Source: Azolla caroliniana (taxonomy: Eukaryota; Plantae; Polypodiophyta). From it: 64,000 bases of DNA. Under the pieces are notes generated by a model, which made no database searches, was not told where the DNA came from, and saw only the letters and a list, made by a program, of their open reading frames with translations. The translations under genes and the position numbers were made by a program. Shown here piece after piece: positions 1-10,725 of the stretch. The stretch lies in contig JBHGNT010000006.1 in the NCBI GenBank assembly GCA_043228905.1, forward strand, positions 17,422,001 to 17,486,000. The letters run 5' to 3'. Position 1 is the stretch's first letter. The number at the start of each line of letters is the position of its first letter.

Positions 1-158
1 TCTCTTCTGTTTAACCGACCCGTTGCGCTGACCACTGTCTCTATGGCCCGGTCTAGGTCGATGATGCCTTCTCGGGCATTTACCAAGCAGTCCACCGCCG
101 CCACCATCGCTTCAACGAGTTCTCCTCCTCACATTTTGGATCTCCCTTGCCGTCCTTT

Positions 159-174
159 CACGTCGGGCTCACCA
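159..174 (-). promoter_or_regulatory. Candidate primer-binding site TGGTGAGCCCGACGTG (cognate tRNA not assigned)
   Basis: TGG motif 5 nt downstream of the putative LTR end (...CCCGACA taaat TGG...). Confidence 0.4.
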
Positions 175-464
175 ATTTATGTCGGGAAGTTTCGCGCTTG
201 TCTGTTACTTAGGCTGGAGCACGGGGGTCATGGACAAGGGAGTATGAAGGGATAGAGAAGACCCCAGGTTTGCTTTACGACAATACTAATTCCCGACCCC
301 TTCCTATGCAAAGGCTCGTTACCCCTTTTGTGGGGCCGATGGCTTTCGTTGATCACGACTCGTCGAGTTTTCGAGATCACCGCACGAGCCAAGTGATCAA
401 ACTGGTACAAGAAAAGATGAGCATGCAAGATGAACACACAAGGGGATGATAACACAAACACGAA

Positions 465-1390
465 TGCTCGTACTTCTTTATGAGGAGGACAGGTGCATGG
501 ACATGCCCGAACGCTCCCTTGTCACAAGACGTTGAACGTACAAGCAAAGGGACGAGAATAAAAACACGAATGTTCGTACATCTTTATGAGGAGAAGAGGT
601 GCATGGGCATGCCTGAATGCTCCCTTGTCACAAGACGTCGAACGTACAAGGAGGACACAAAACACACGCGCTAATGTTGGTTCACCTTCATGAGGAGGAG
701 AGGTGCATGGGCAAGTTCGAACACTCCCTTGTCACAAGACGACCGAACGTACAAGGAAGACACAAACACACGCACAAATGCTCGTACATCTTTATGAGGA
801 GGAGAAGTGCATGGGCACGCCCGAAATGCTCCCTCATCACAAGAAGGCCGAATGTACAAGGAAGACACAAACACACACATAAAAGGCTCGTACGCCTTTA
901 TGAGGAGGAGAGGTGCATGGGCACGCCCGAAACGCTCCCTCGTCACAAGAGGACCGAACGTACAAGGAAGACAGAAACACACACACAAATGCTCGTACCC
1001 CTTTATGCGGTGGAGAGGTAAATGGGCACGCCTAAAACGCTCCCTTGTCACAAGACGGCCGAACGTACAAGGAACACACAAGCACACGTACAAAATGCGC
1101 GTACGCCTTTATGAGGAAGAGAGGTGCATGGGCATGCCCGAAACGCTCCCTCATGACAAGATGACCGAACATACAAGGAAGACACAAACACGCAAAAATG
1201 CTCGTACGCCTTTATGAGGAGGAGAGGTGCATGGGCACACCCGAAACACTCCCTCGTCACAAGATGGCCGAACGTACAAGGAAGACACAAACACAAGCAC
1301 AAATGCTCGTACGCCTTTATGAGGAGGAAAGGTGCATGTGCATGCCCTAAATGCTCCCTCGTCACAAGATGGCGGAACGTACAAGGGGAC
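465..1390. repeat. Tandem array of about 9 x ~105 bp
   Basis: The unit core TTTATGAGGAGGAGAGGTGCATGGGCAC recurs near 477, 582, 687, 791, 897, 1002, 1108, 1211 and 1316. The repetitive ORFs in several frames reflect this array. Confidence 0.95.
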
Positions 1391-1987
1391 GAGAACAAAA
1401 AAAAAAGTACAAAACACAGATGATATTGGCTAAAGAAATAAATATGTGTTCGATTCCAACACAAGAGGGCCCTTCATAAAATAGGGTTTGATTACAATGT
1501 GGCAACTTCTAGTTAACCACAAGCTCAACAAAACATAGATACTAAATGCCCTTAGAGACAAAAACAAATCCGAACATGGCGCACAAACATGATGAAGACG
1601 AACAAACGAGCACTACAAAAATGCCAACCCCAACGAACCACGACCACCCGAATGGCGAGCACATGGGCTCGTAATGACGAACTGGGGAAAGCAACATCGA
1701 ACCAACGAAGCTCGGGTTCACGAGCACCGTAAATGAACACTTCGAGTGCCAACACAAAGAAGACGAGCACGTGGCGCTGTGGGGATGAAGGAGTATGAGA
1801 TGAAGAGAAATGGTGAAGATGAAGATGAAAAGCTCCGAAGGAAAAATGGCGATAGTCTCCTCCTCCTAAAACGTCCTCCCAAATGAGCCCCCCTCGACCT
1901 CCTTTTATAGGAAAAAAGGAAGGGGGTTTGCCAATTTGGTCTTCAATGCAAAAGGAATAAAATTCCTTAAATCACACTGCATTGTAA

Positions 1988-2050
1988 GACCGGATTTGAA
2001 CCGTGCACCTCTAAGCTAGAAGTCAATGTGCCTATGCACTAGTTCATTAA
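1988..2050 (-). other. Degenerate tRNA-like segment (Pol III A/B-box-like)
   Basis: Minus strand reads TGAACTAGTGCATAGG-CACATTGACTTCTAGCTTAG-AGGTGCAC-GGTTCAAATCC, with tRNA-like spacing. It is not a complete cloverleaf. Confidence 0.4.
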
Positions 2051-2292
2051 ATCTCTCTTATATAATGTATAATTCTATACCTACAAATTCATAGCCTGTC
2101 TCATCTCTACTTTTATCTCTCTTGTCTCTTACGTTTTACACGAGCTTCTATACCTCCTTTCCACCCTTTCTTTTCCCTTTTCTTTTGTATGTGCACAATT
2201 AATTGCCATTGTGTGCACACACATTGCACATGCACATTTTGACCCCCCTTTTCGCTGGTTTTTCCCACACTTGAGCACGCCACATCATGACA

Positions 2293-4250
2293 CCGTATTT
2301 TGCAAGAGATCCAATCCCATGATCAATTAGCACAGATCTTGTGCAATATGGCTTTCTCATAAAAACACATCCTACGTGGCACCCACATCCCGCTTTCAAA
2401 TGGATCAATCCAGGAGCAAGCACCAAATATTTGGATTTCCAAATTGGTTTAAACATATTGTCGGAGACTATGATTGCACCTGTTATCCATTCCATTCGAC
2501 AAAAGTTGACACATTGGAGTTCGAAAAAAATGTCGCTAGCGGGTCGCATCATAGTGACAAACCAGGTATTACTCGCAATAGCATGGTACAGTCTATCATG
2601 TTGGACAATCTCCAAGGAAAGTATACATCAGATTCAACGACTAATACACAACTACATTTGGTTTGGTAAGGAAGATCATGTAACTCGTGCCAAGGTGGTG
2701 TGGCCTATACTCACAACACCTAAGTCAAGAGGGGGAAATGCTATTACGGTTACGTTTCTCTTATGTTAGGCGACGAAAAGGGGTCAATTGGGCCCCCCAA
2801 ACGGGATGGATTGTAAACATGGATCTCAAACCTAGTTTCTCTCACCAATTGGAGGATAGATTCAGTGCACCCATGTGGAAGGCATGGTGTGACATTAGAC
2901 GAGGGCTCAAGTGCGATCAACCGAGTTTCAAACTTGCCTGGCTTAGCCAATGTATCCTATGGAACCCATGTCTCAAGGATGAATCTAATCAACTACATGG
3001 ATCAAGTAAGAGGTTGTAATGGGGATACATTGCAGAAGGTCCAAGAAAAAGTATTAGAATGTTGGAGACAGTTTATGTCCCTGCCACTACAAGATCAAGC
3101 CAACATACTCCATGGAATCAGGGGCAAATGGACTATGATATCGGAAATCATTAACTCTCTACTGATTAGGGAAACCACTAGTCAAAGGATGACAATGGAG
3201 AAATGGATAGGCTACGAGAAGGAGGTATCTTTGATCCCAAGAGGTACGGGAACACCAAACAGGATCGAAGGCTCTGAATTGCGAGACACTAAGACACCAA
3301 CACAGAATAGCGCAGTTCGAGTACTTGCGTATACTGGTCATAAATGGATTGTAGGTTCTGATCCGATCAAAGTACAACCCGATTGGCACATATGTACTCA
3401 TGAAAACATATGGCTACGTAAGGTCAGTTGGGACCCTTTGCAATGGACATGGTGTGATCCTTACGAGGGGCAAGGAAGCAACCACATCCCTTTCTTCCAG
3501 TTCACAACTAGATTGGGTCGCCACATTCTAGCTGCTCAAACTGCCCGAGAGCCGGTTGCTGCAAAGGTCTGGCACATATATCAAGTTCCTCACATAACTA
3601 TCACCAAGTTTTGTTAGAAAATCTAGAAACAACAACACGCGAGGCAAATTACCACGTTCCAATGGCTTTTAATACATAAGTCACTACCGGTGGGAGCATG
3701 GCAACGTGGAATACTTAGCTCTCCTAATTGTGTAGAGTGTCCAAATGCAGTAGAATCAATACGACACGCTCTTTGGGACTGCCCAACATTTCATCAAATA
3801 TGGCAGGTGGTTGGCCGCTTGTTGCAATTATGCTAGGTGCAAGGCTCAATCAAGTGGGGATATATATGTTGGCTATCATGGCAGACCCCAGTTGGCAGAT
3901 ACGAGCATCAGGAGGGGATGACTTTGGTGATAAAAGAACAAGAGGTTTTTTTCTCCACCATCAGCAATGTCCACTCAACTCCTCTTAATGACAAATCTCA
4001 AGTTGTGGTGGAATTGGTCAGCCCAATAACTCTTTGGATTCTATGGAAACAATGGTGTAGACGGGTCTTCTCCAACCAAATCGCGCATCCAACAATGTTA
4101 CTGCAAGAGATATGGAGTGAAATTATAACCACTCTAAAGAGCCAATATGATGGCCTCAAGGGCAGCTCCGATGGAGTTGAAAGACAACGAATAGCCTTCA
4201 TCCAACAATGGTTGTCCTCTCCCTTTCTTGAGTTAGTGGGCAAACCCTAA
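2293..4250 (+). pseudogene. Decayed L1/Tx1-type LINE ORF2, 3' part (RT thumb and zf-RVT)
   Basis: KYLDFQIG...IRQKLTHWSSKKMSLAGRIIVTNQVLL...NYIW. Zinc finger CVECPNAVESIRHALWDCP at ~3728-3785. LWILWKQWCRRVF near the end. Frameshifts and stops throughout. Confidence 0.85.
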
Positions 4251-6046
4251 ATTGTGACCCTAATATACTATGGAGGGATCACACTTGAGCATAGAACCCG
4301 TCGTCATGAGGTGACTACTAATCACGGGCCTCTAGTGGTTGCGTAGTTCACGCTTGTAACTGGTGTGATGTTTGCAATCGATATACCATCCACTTGCGGG
4401 TGACCGCCAACCACTTGTCGGGGATCAATGTGTAGCACATTCCTACCTACCTTGGCAACTCACATACCATGATTTTTGTGGTTGTTTGGATGCTTCAAGC
4501 ATTGCAAGTTAAGCGTGCTTGAGCCAGAACAGTACTGGGATGGTGACCTCCCAGGAAGTCCTGGTTACATCTACAGTAGTAATGGGTTTGGGGGGGCCCA
4601 TTGCTATCAAGAGTGGACATGCTCCATATTCGAGTTGTATATCAACCCGCACTCCTTGCAAAGCCGTAAGGCAAACCCTAAGCTGTAAATTGTTAGGCAC
4701 ATTTCCCTTTTTTTAAAAATGAACTTTTGTATGTCTTGCATTTCATGCGACCAATGATTGTGCACTACATCCAGCTTAAATGAATGTCTCTAAAACTATG
4801 CCTTAGATTCGTAATAGTATGAACCTTTCTCTTTTTTTGGTAAAAACACAACTATATTTAAAAACGTGTGTGAAAAACACTAAAATGAACATAATTAACA
4901 TATTTTGGTCATTTAAATCCTCGTTCCACTATTACAAAATATAGCATTCTTTTGCCTGCAACTTAACAATGTGATGTTAGTCACACAATAAAACATCATA
5001 GTATTTTTGGTATCGTCATTCCCTTCTAAGTTATTTGTTTGTTTAGAAAGTTTAGACATACATGGATTATTAGAGGTCAATTTGTAATGGGGGTTCGGTT
5101 AACGAATTGAGTGGAGATGTGATGTTAAGGCTAATATCCATGAAAGCCTCAATATCCATCAACTTGTATTATTGTCCCTCAAGATGGATAGATCTCCCAA
5201 AAAGAAAAAACATCATATATATTGCTCACATGATGTGCATTGGAATACTTCTCCAACAACATCTATAAATGTGCGGATTCACACATATACTATGCTTTCC
5301 ACTAACAAAGCTTGATTTGAAGGTTTCATGCTAGTATAAAGGGCTCACACTCATTAGGATCTATATTTCGACATCAACATGTGCCTTAAACTAGATTCTA
5401 ATATCTATCATGATCATTTAACAACTTGGTTGGGGCTATGTCGACAATGTGTATTCTTGTTTCTAATGTATCCCCTTACTCCACCCATCCGCATGGCATG
5501 GTTTGACAAAACATTTTGAAAAATGCTAACATGGTGTGTAGGTCTTGATTACAAAGCTTTATTGCGCCTCCAATCCGCCCAAATATCTTAAACTTAATTA
5601 CAATGTGAGGTGCGAAAAAAAGAAGAAGGTAAAGTGAAACATCTTATCACTAAGTATTAAAATTATTTGGTGGATTTATGGTTGAAAACATCACATACAT
5701 ACATATCCGACAATTTCTCAAATATTTAAGTGTTTTACATCATGGTGTGTCGTTATACATATACTTGAAATTCTTATATATTGTGACTTAATCCACAACA
5801 TGCAAATGATGGCCTTCGTAAAATATGTATCTCACTCTAGAGTTTAATTATGCTTGAACTTATAAGGCCCCATAAGGACATGGAAAGCATTGAAAGATTT
5901 GGGTGTTTTGCCATTATCCATTTGATGAAAATTCTATCCATTGTCATACAACATTTGAGAATATGTTTAAAAGGTGATCACAAAAGTGCAAAATGCACTT
6001 CTAGAAAGGCAAATCATTTTCTCACATCATTATGGGTGTCGATTCC

Positions 6047-6266
6047 ATCACCTTCTCGTCGGCCACAAAATCATTGTTGACAAACGAAAATTACATATAG
6101 CTCACTTCAAACACATATTATTTACCTTTACCAAACCAAAGACTAGAATGGATTGTCCGTCACCTTCTTGTTGGCCACAAAATCATTGTTGACAAATGAA
6201 AATTACATACACCTCACTTCAAACACATTATTTACCTTTACCAAACCAAAGACTAGAATGGATTGC
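6047..6266. repeat. Direct tandem duplication, 2 x ~110 bp
   Basis: TCACCTTCT...GGCCACAAAATCATTGTTGACAAA...GACTAGAATGGATTG occurs twice. Confidence 0.9.
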
Positions 6267-7699
6267 ATTAATACAAATTATGTGCAAGTTTTTACACAAA
6301 ATCAGCCGCACATTCAATTTGAGAAGAAAAATAATAACTTAAAGATATAGCAAGTAAAGATAAATTAAAGAGCTTATAAGCTCTTCCCTTTTGGATACCC
6401 AAAGAATCATAACAAAACTTGAGTGGATTCCTATGAAGATATCCCATTGGTGTGAAGAGCTATTGTAGTGTGTTTCATTTGGGTTGGAGTGGATGTACAT
6501 TTCCATAATATAACTATGGGAGATCCATTTGGGTTGAGGTATTGTATCTTATCGATGAACACTACAAATCCACTTTGGGGTTGTGCCACTGTTGTATGCT
6601 CTTTGTACCTCTAGGAAACTCTTTGTATATGTAAAAGGCTCATGTAGGTGCATTTGATGGTACCAACTCCCTAGCAAGATAACATCCCTCTTGAACAACC
6701 ATTGTCCAACTTCCTAGAGCTAACATAAGCAATTAGTCTTTTCATTTGTGGAGAAGCAGTGAAAAGGATTTGTGGGAAATCCATAAAGGCCTCGTATATA
6801 AAGGCCTCGGATAAGGACAAATCATCTAATTTTGGGTTAACCTATTGCTCATAGGCCCTCTCCCCTCTCCCTAAACGTTCCTATCCATAAGTCATGCAGT
6901 CTATACATTATCGAAACATACACCTTGGACTTCTTGAAATCTTTTAAAATCTCATTTGGCTCTCTAGAACGATTTAAACTCTTTTGACTTTCGACAATAT
7001 ATATTTGCACCTCATTCTTCATCTTCTTCTCATCATGGCTATTATAAAGCTAGTTTAGAATAACACATAAATCCTCTCGAGTTATCATGCATGAAGTTTT
7101 TTATGGATTGACGAATAACAAAGTATTGTCTTGTCTTGTCTTGTGTGAATTTTTGTTTGATATAAAGTTGTACAATAATTACCAATATGTATAATCAACC
7201 ATCTTACTTTTCTATTAATAAACCGTGAAATGTGCATTTGAGATCTTTATTATTGTTTATATGTTTAAAACATTGAATGTTCTTTAAATTTTGAGTACGA
7301 TCGTTGGATCTTACTAAATATTTCAATTGACAATGTAAATGATCGTGAGTCATGAGTCATGACCATTGGATAACACAGATTAGGTGTAAAATCACATGGC
7401 ATCATAATCATGTTTAGATCTTCATTTAAAGCATTCTTGCACTAAATTTAGTTAGAAAGTTCCTGAGGTTTTTACGCCTAGTAGTGTTGTGTCATCTGTG
7501 TACATATGCATGGGGAACAACAAACAGTGTTGTGCCATATGTGTACAAAGCTTGGATTTTCTTCTCCATTTTTGCACATTGCAAGGGGGGTTGAGGATAG
7601 TGACATGTAGAAATACAATGGTTAGGAACAATGAGTTCTACATTGAATTTGCAATACAAAAATGACTCCAAACATTGGTTGCCCCATTAGTTGACCATC

Positions 7700-7924
7700 T
7701 TACTAGGGTAATTGTAGAGAGCATAATAATTGGACGTATGAAAATGTTGCTCCAAGGTCAAACTATATTTATTATATTTCTTTTAGGGTACAAGATTGAT
7801 AGTCAAATAGAAGAAAATAATGAAACATTTAAATTGAAAGGACATCTAGTCATCAATGACTAGACAACTTGCCTTCGGAGTGCAATCTTTCAAGAGCCAC
7901 TAGACTAGAGTTACACAATGGCAT
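7700..7924 (+). pseudogene. Possible highly decayed copia RT N-terminus
   Basis: GYKIDSQIEENNETFKLKGHLV loosely resembles the copia WVYKIK...KYKARLV motif. The similarity is weak. Confidence 0.25.
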
Positions 7925-8353
7925 TGAAAGCATACTGAAAACGATTACTTGCGGAAGCGTTAGAAAACAGAGGAAGCAGAGAATACACTGAGTACATAGG
8001 AGTCACAGAGAGAGCAGAACGTAAAAGCTATATTCAAAATAATATTAACACTCTGTCCTTAGTTACAATTGTGCTCAGTAGCACTATTTATACAAGTCCT
8101 CGTGGGACTGACAGAAGTACCCCGTACTTCAATGCTCACACGAGCATCTGACACTTACTACGAGACTATAAATTCCTAGTAGTCTAAACTAATACTAGGC
8201 TTCCGGTTACCGATTGGATCTGGCTAACTGGCTCACCGGCTCACCGGCTCTGTTGCTTGCCAGGTCGGTTGCTCACCAGCTTACCGATCCGTCTCGCTCA
8301 CCGGCTCAGGCTTATCCAGCCGATTCGGCTCTAGTTGAGCTTGCCGCTCAACA
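7925..8353 (-). repeat. 3' LTR of copia A
   Basis: Minus-strand TGTTG follows the PPT GAGGGGGAG (8354-8362). It ends ...TTTCA near 7925 (left boundary inferred). Partly similar to 47452-47840. Confidence 0.7.
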
Positions 8354-9597
8354 CTCCCCCTCAAGCTCAACTTGAGGTTGGATCCTAGTGTCAGCCTCTG
8401 TGGCAGTCGGTTCTTCCAACCGACTTCTCCTAGCATCGCTCCGCCTTGGTCGCTCTCCTTGTCCGGTCCAGTTCTGTTTGCCGCGACCCCTCTTGTTCTG
8501 CGCACCTTGACCTAATTCAACAAGCCTAATTCAGCTCCCTTGTTGTTGTGACTTCGGCGCGTTCTGGTTCGCCAATTCCTTCATGTTGGCGTCGACATTC
8601 GCTGCCTTCTCGTCCTGTTGGTTTTGAATTGATCCGGTTCTTCCGAATCTGTCTGTTGAACCGAATTGACTGTCTTCGATTCGTTCCAGCTCTTGTCCAA
8701 ATCGGTTGCTCCCGATTCGTCTTCTGGTTCCAGGCCCTTCACCACATCGAACCATGTCCGGGTCTTGGCCTTCTTCCTTCGGTCGGCTCTGTCCTTCTTG
8801 ACTCTGCCGCTGCTGCCGCTTGTTCCGACTTGTTCGGACGTGTTGACTTCCCTTGTCAACTCAGCTCCTTTCTTGTCCTTGACTCTCCCTTCGTCGGTTC
8901 TTCCCTCACCGGCGCAATCAGCATTCCCTTTGCCTTTGCCCGTTCCAGTGTCTTTGCCCGTTCTCCCCCTCAAGTGTGGCACGTCGAGATGCTGAACACC
9001 AAGCATTTTGGTGAAGTGCTACAACTTGTCCGATCTGAGCGGTTTGGTGAAGATGTCGACAACTTGTCGATCCGTGTGTACATACCAAAGTTTGACCTCA
9101 CCACTCAGGACACGCTCACGCAGGAAGTGATAATGCACTTCTATGTGCTTTGTGCGAGCATGGAATACGAGGTTCTTGGTGAGTTGCATGCTACTTATGT
9201 TGTTGCAGTAGACCAGAATTGGGGTCGGTACCTCGATCCGTAGGTCTTGCAGCAGTCGCCGAAGCCAAATGGCTTCACAGGTGGCAATGGTAGTGCCCCA
9301 ATATTCAGCCTTAGTGCTCGATAGAGCAACTGTTGGCTGCTTTTTGCTGCTCCCCTCAACAGCCGCGACAGGGCAACTGTTGGTTGCTTTTTGTTGCTCC
9401 ACCTAGGGAAAATATGTAACCGGAGGTTGATCAGCGATCTGATGCATCGCCGGCCCAGTCGGCATCTGTGTAACCGACCAGCTCTTCGGGTATACCGCGC
9501 TGGTATAACAGGCCCCGGTCCTTTGTGCCGCTTACATATCACAATATCCGCTGCGTGCACTGAAGGTGCTCCACGGTCGGCTTCTACATGAACTGAC
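8354..9597 (-). pseudogene. Copia A RT end, RNase H and C-terminal Pol extension
   Basis: SKKQPTVALSSTKAEY, HARTKHIEVHYHF and DIFTKPL. The same frame continues past VPHLRGR to LSLRGSV, interrupted by three stops of CAG>TAG or CGA>TGA type. Confidence 0.85.
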
Positions 9598-10193
9598 TGT
9601 TAGGAAACAGGTCCCTCCGGATGGGAAGTGAGAAGAACACTATGGAAGACTCGGTGAGAACCGGATGACGAGTACCCGACAAGAGCTAGATGGTGAAGGC
9701 CCGGTGAGGAGTGCTCACCGGATGAAGGGACATATTCGTAAATATGTTTTCTGAGAGTCCATCGGGGCTATATTTGTAAATAGCCGAGAAGTCATATTAA
9801 TAGTATAAATATGACTTAGGGAAAACTTAAAGTTGTTGTTAAAGTTGTTGTTGTCATTCTTGTTCGCGCAAGATTAGAGCGCAACAGTGTACAGAGAGAG
9901 AGAGAGAGAGGGAAAGAGACGAAGAGTTTGTATCTCTGTTGTAACCGCCGCCTGTGGCAAAGACAGTGAACAAGAGGTGGTTGCCTCTGTGTTCATCTAT
10001 TGTATATTGTTACATAGTGATAGTTAGCAGTCAGTGGACTGTCGTGGTTTATCCCGTGTTTGGGTTTTCCACGTAAACATCCTGTGTACTCTTCTCTCCA
10101 TTGTGTCGTGCATTCATTCCCGTTTTTTCTATGTTTGATTCTAAGCTTGGTTGTGGCCAAGCGTTGTTCATCGGGAGCGTGTAGTTCTTGACA
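9598..10193 (+). repeat. 5' LTR of copia B
   Basis: TGTTAGG...TTGACA, matching 23643-24234 at roughly 95% by eye. Confidence 0.95.
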
Positions 10194-10196
10194 AAG

Positions 10197-10208
10197 TGGT
10201 ATCAGAGC
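10197..10208 (+). promoter_or_regulatory. PBS complementary to initiator tRNA-Met
   Basis: TGGTATCAGAGC, 3 nt after the LTR. Confidence 0.95.
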
Positions 10209-10254
10209 GAAACGACACAGAAAATGGACGAATCGTTGGGATGCATGTTCAAGC

Positions 10255-10387
10255 TGTCAGGAACTCTATTAAGGCAGAGAAGGAATTAGTACTAAAAGAA
10301 GGATTAGTACTATTGTTGGGGAATAGTACTAAGACAGAGAAGGATTAGTACTATGAGAGGTGTCGAACTTTGAGAGAAGGAATGAGT

Positions 10388-10435
<48 letters not shown>

Positions 10436-10725
10436 TGATGCGAAAGATATATGTATTATATGACGGAAGATATACAACAGTAGTTAGAAGGCTTAAGACT
10501 GGCGTTGAACCGATTTGGTTCGAACTAATGCCTTGCGCCTCCTTTTATAGTGTCTTCAGGAATACTCCTGAAGTTTCTAGAATGTTCCAGAGAAATCTGG
10601 AATATACATCAATTTCCTAATAAAACCTAAATGAAAATAATATCCTTCAAATTACAACTCATAACCTAATGGTAAAGTCTCGACCCGTGTAACAAAAGGT
10701 TATGGGTTTGAGTCTAGTTATGACA
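10255..10725 (-). repeat. 3' LTR of chromovirus copy 1
   Basis: TGTCA...TGACA termini and an internal (GA)n microsatellite. Confidence 0.97.

Larger units (their letters stand above)
180..2292 (-). mobile_element. Probable 5' LTR (~2.1 kb) of an LTR retrotransposon whose body runs off the left edge
   Basis: Inverted termini TGTC (180) and GACA (2292). TATA-like CTATAAAAGG on the minus strand near 1901-1910. Followed on the minus strand by a TGG-initiated PBS candidate and a stop-interrupted ORF start. LINE coding sequence begins right after 2292. The partner LTR is not in the window. Confidence 0.5.

Noticed and set aside
890-965. Hammerhead ribozyme resemblance in the 105-bp unit (ATGAG...CGAAAC...GTC)
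   Set aside because: The catalytic CUGANGA core reads CUUUAUGA in the units, and stem I is not adjacent.
465-1390. CRISPR array or repeat-protein gene
   Set aside because: There are no unique spacers and no cas genes. The ORFs arise because the unit is a multiple of 3, and they shift frame between units.
4300-7700. Host gene or exons in the AT-rich interval
   Set aside because: Only short ORFs with no recognisable motif. It is probably decayed repeat DNA, though small exons cannot be excluded without transcript data.
10390-10620. MRERERE... ORF, and the poly-K/poly-F ORFs near 56855-57185
   Set aside because: These are translations of (GA)n and A/T-rich low-complexity tracts.
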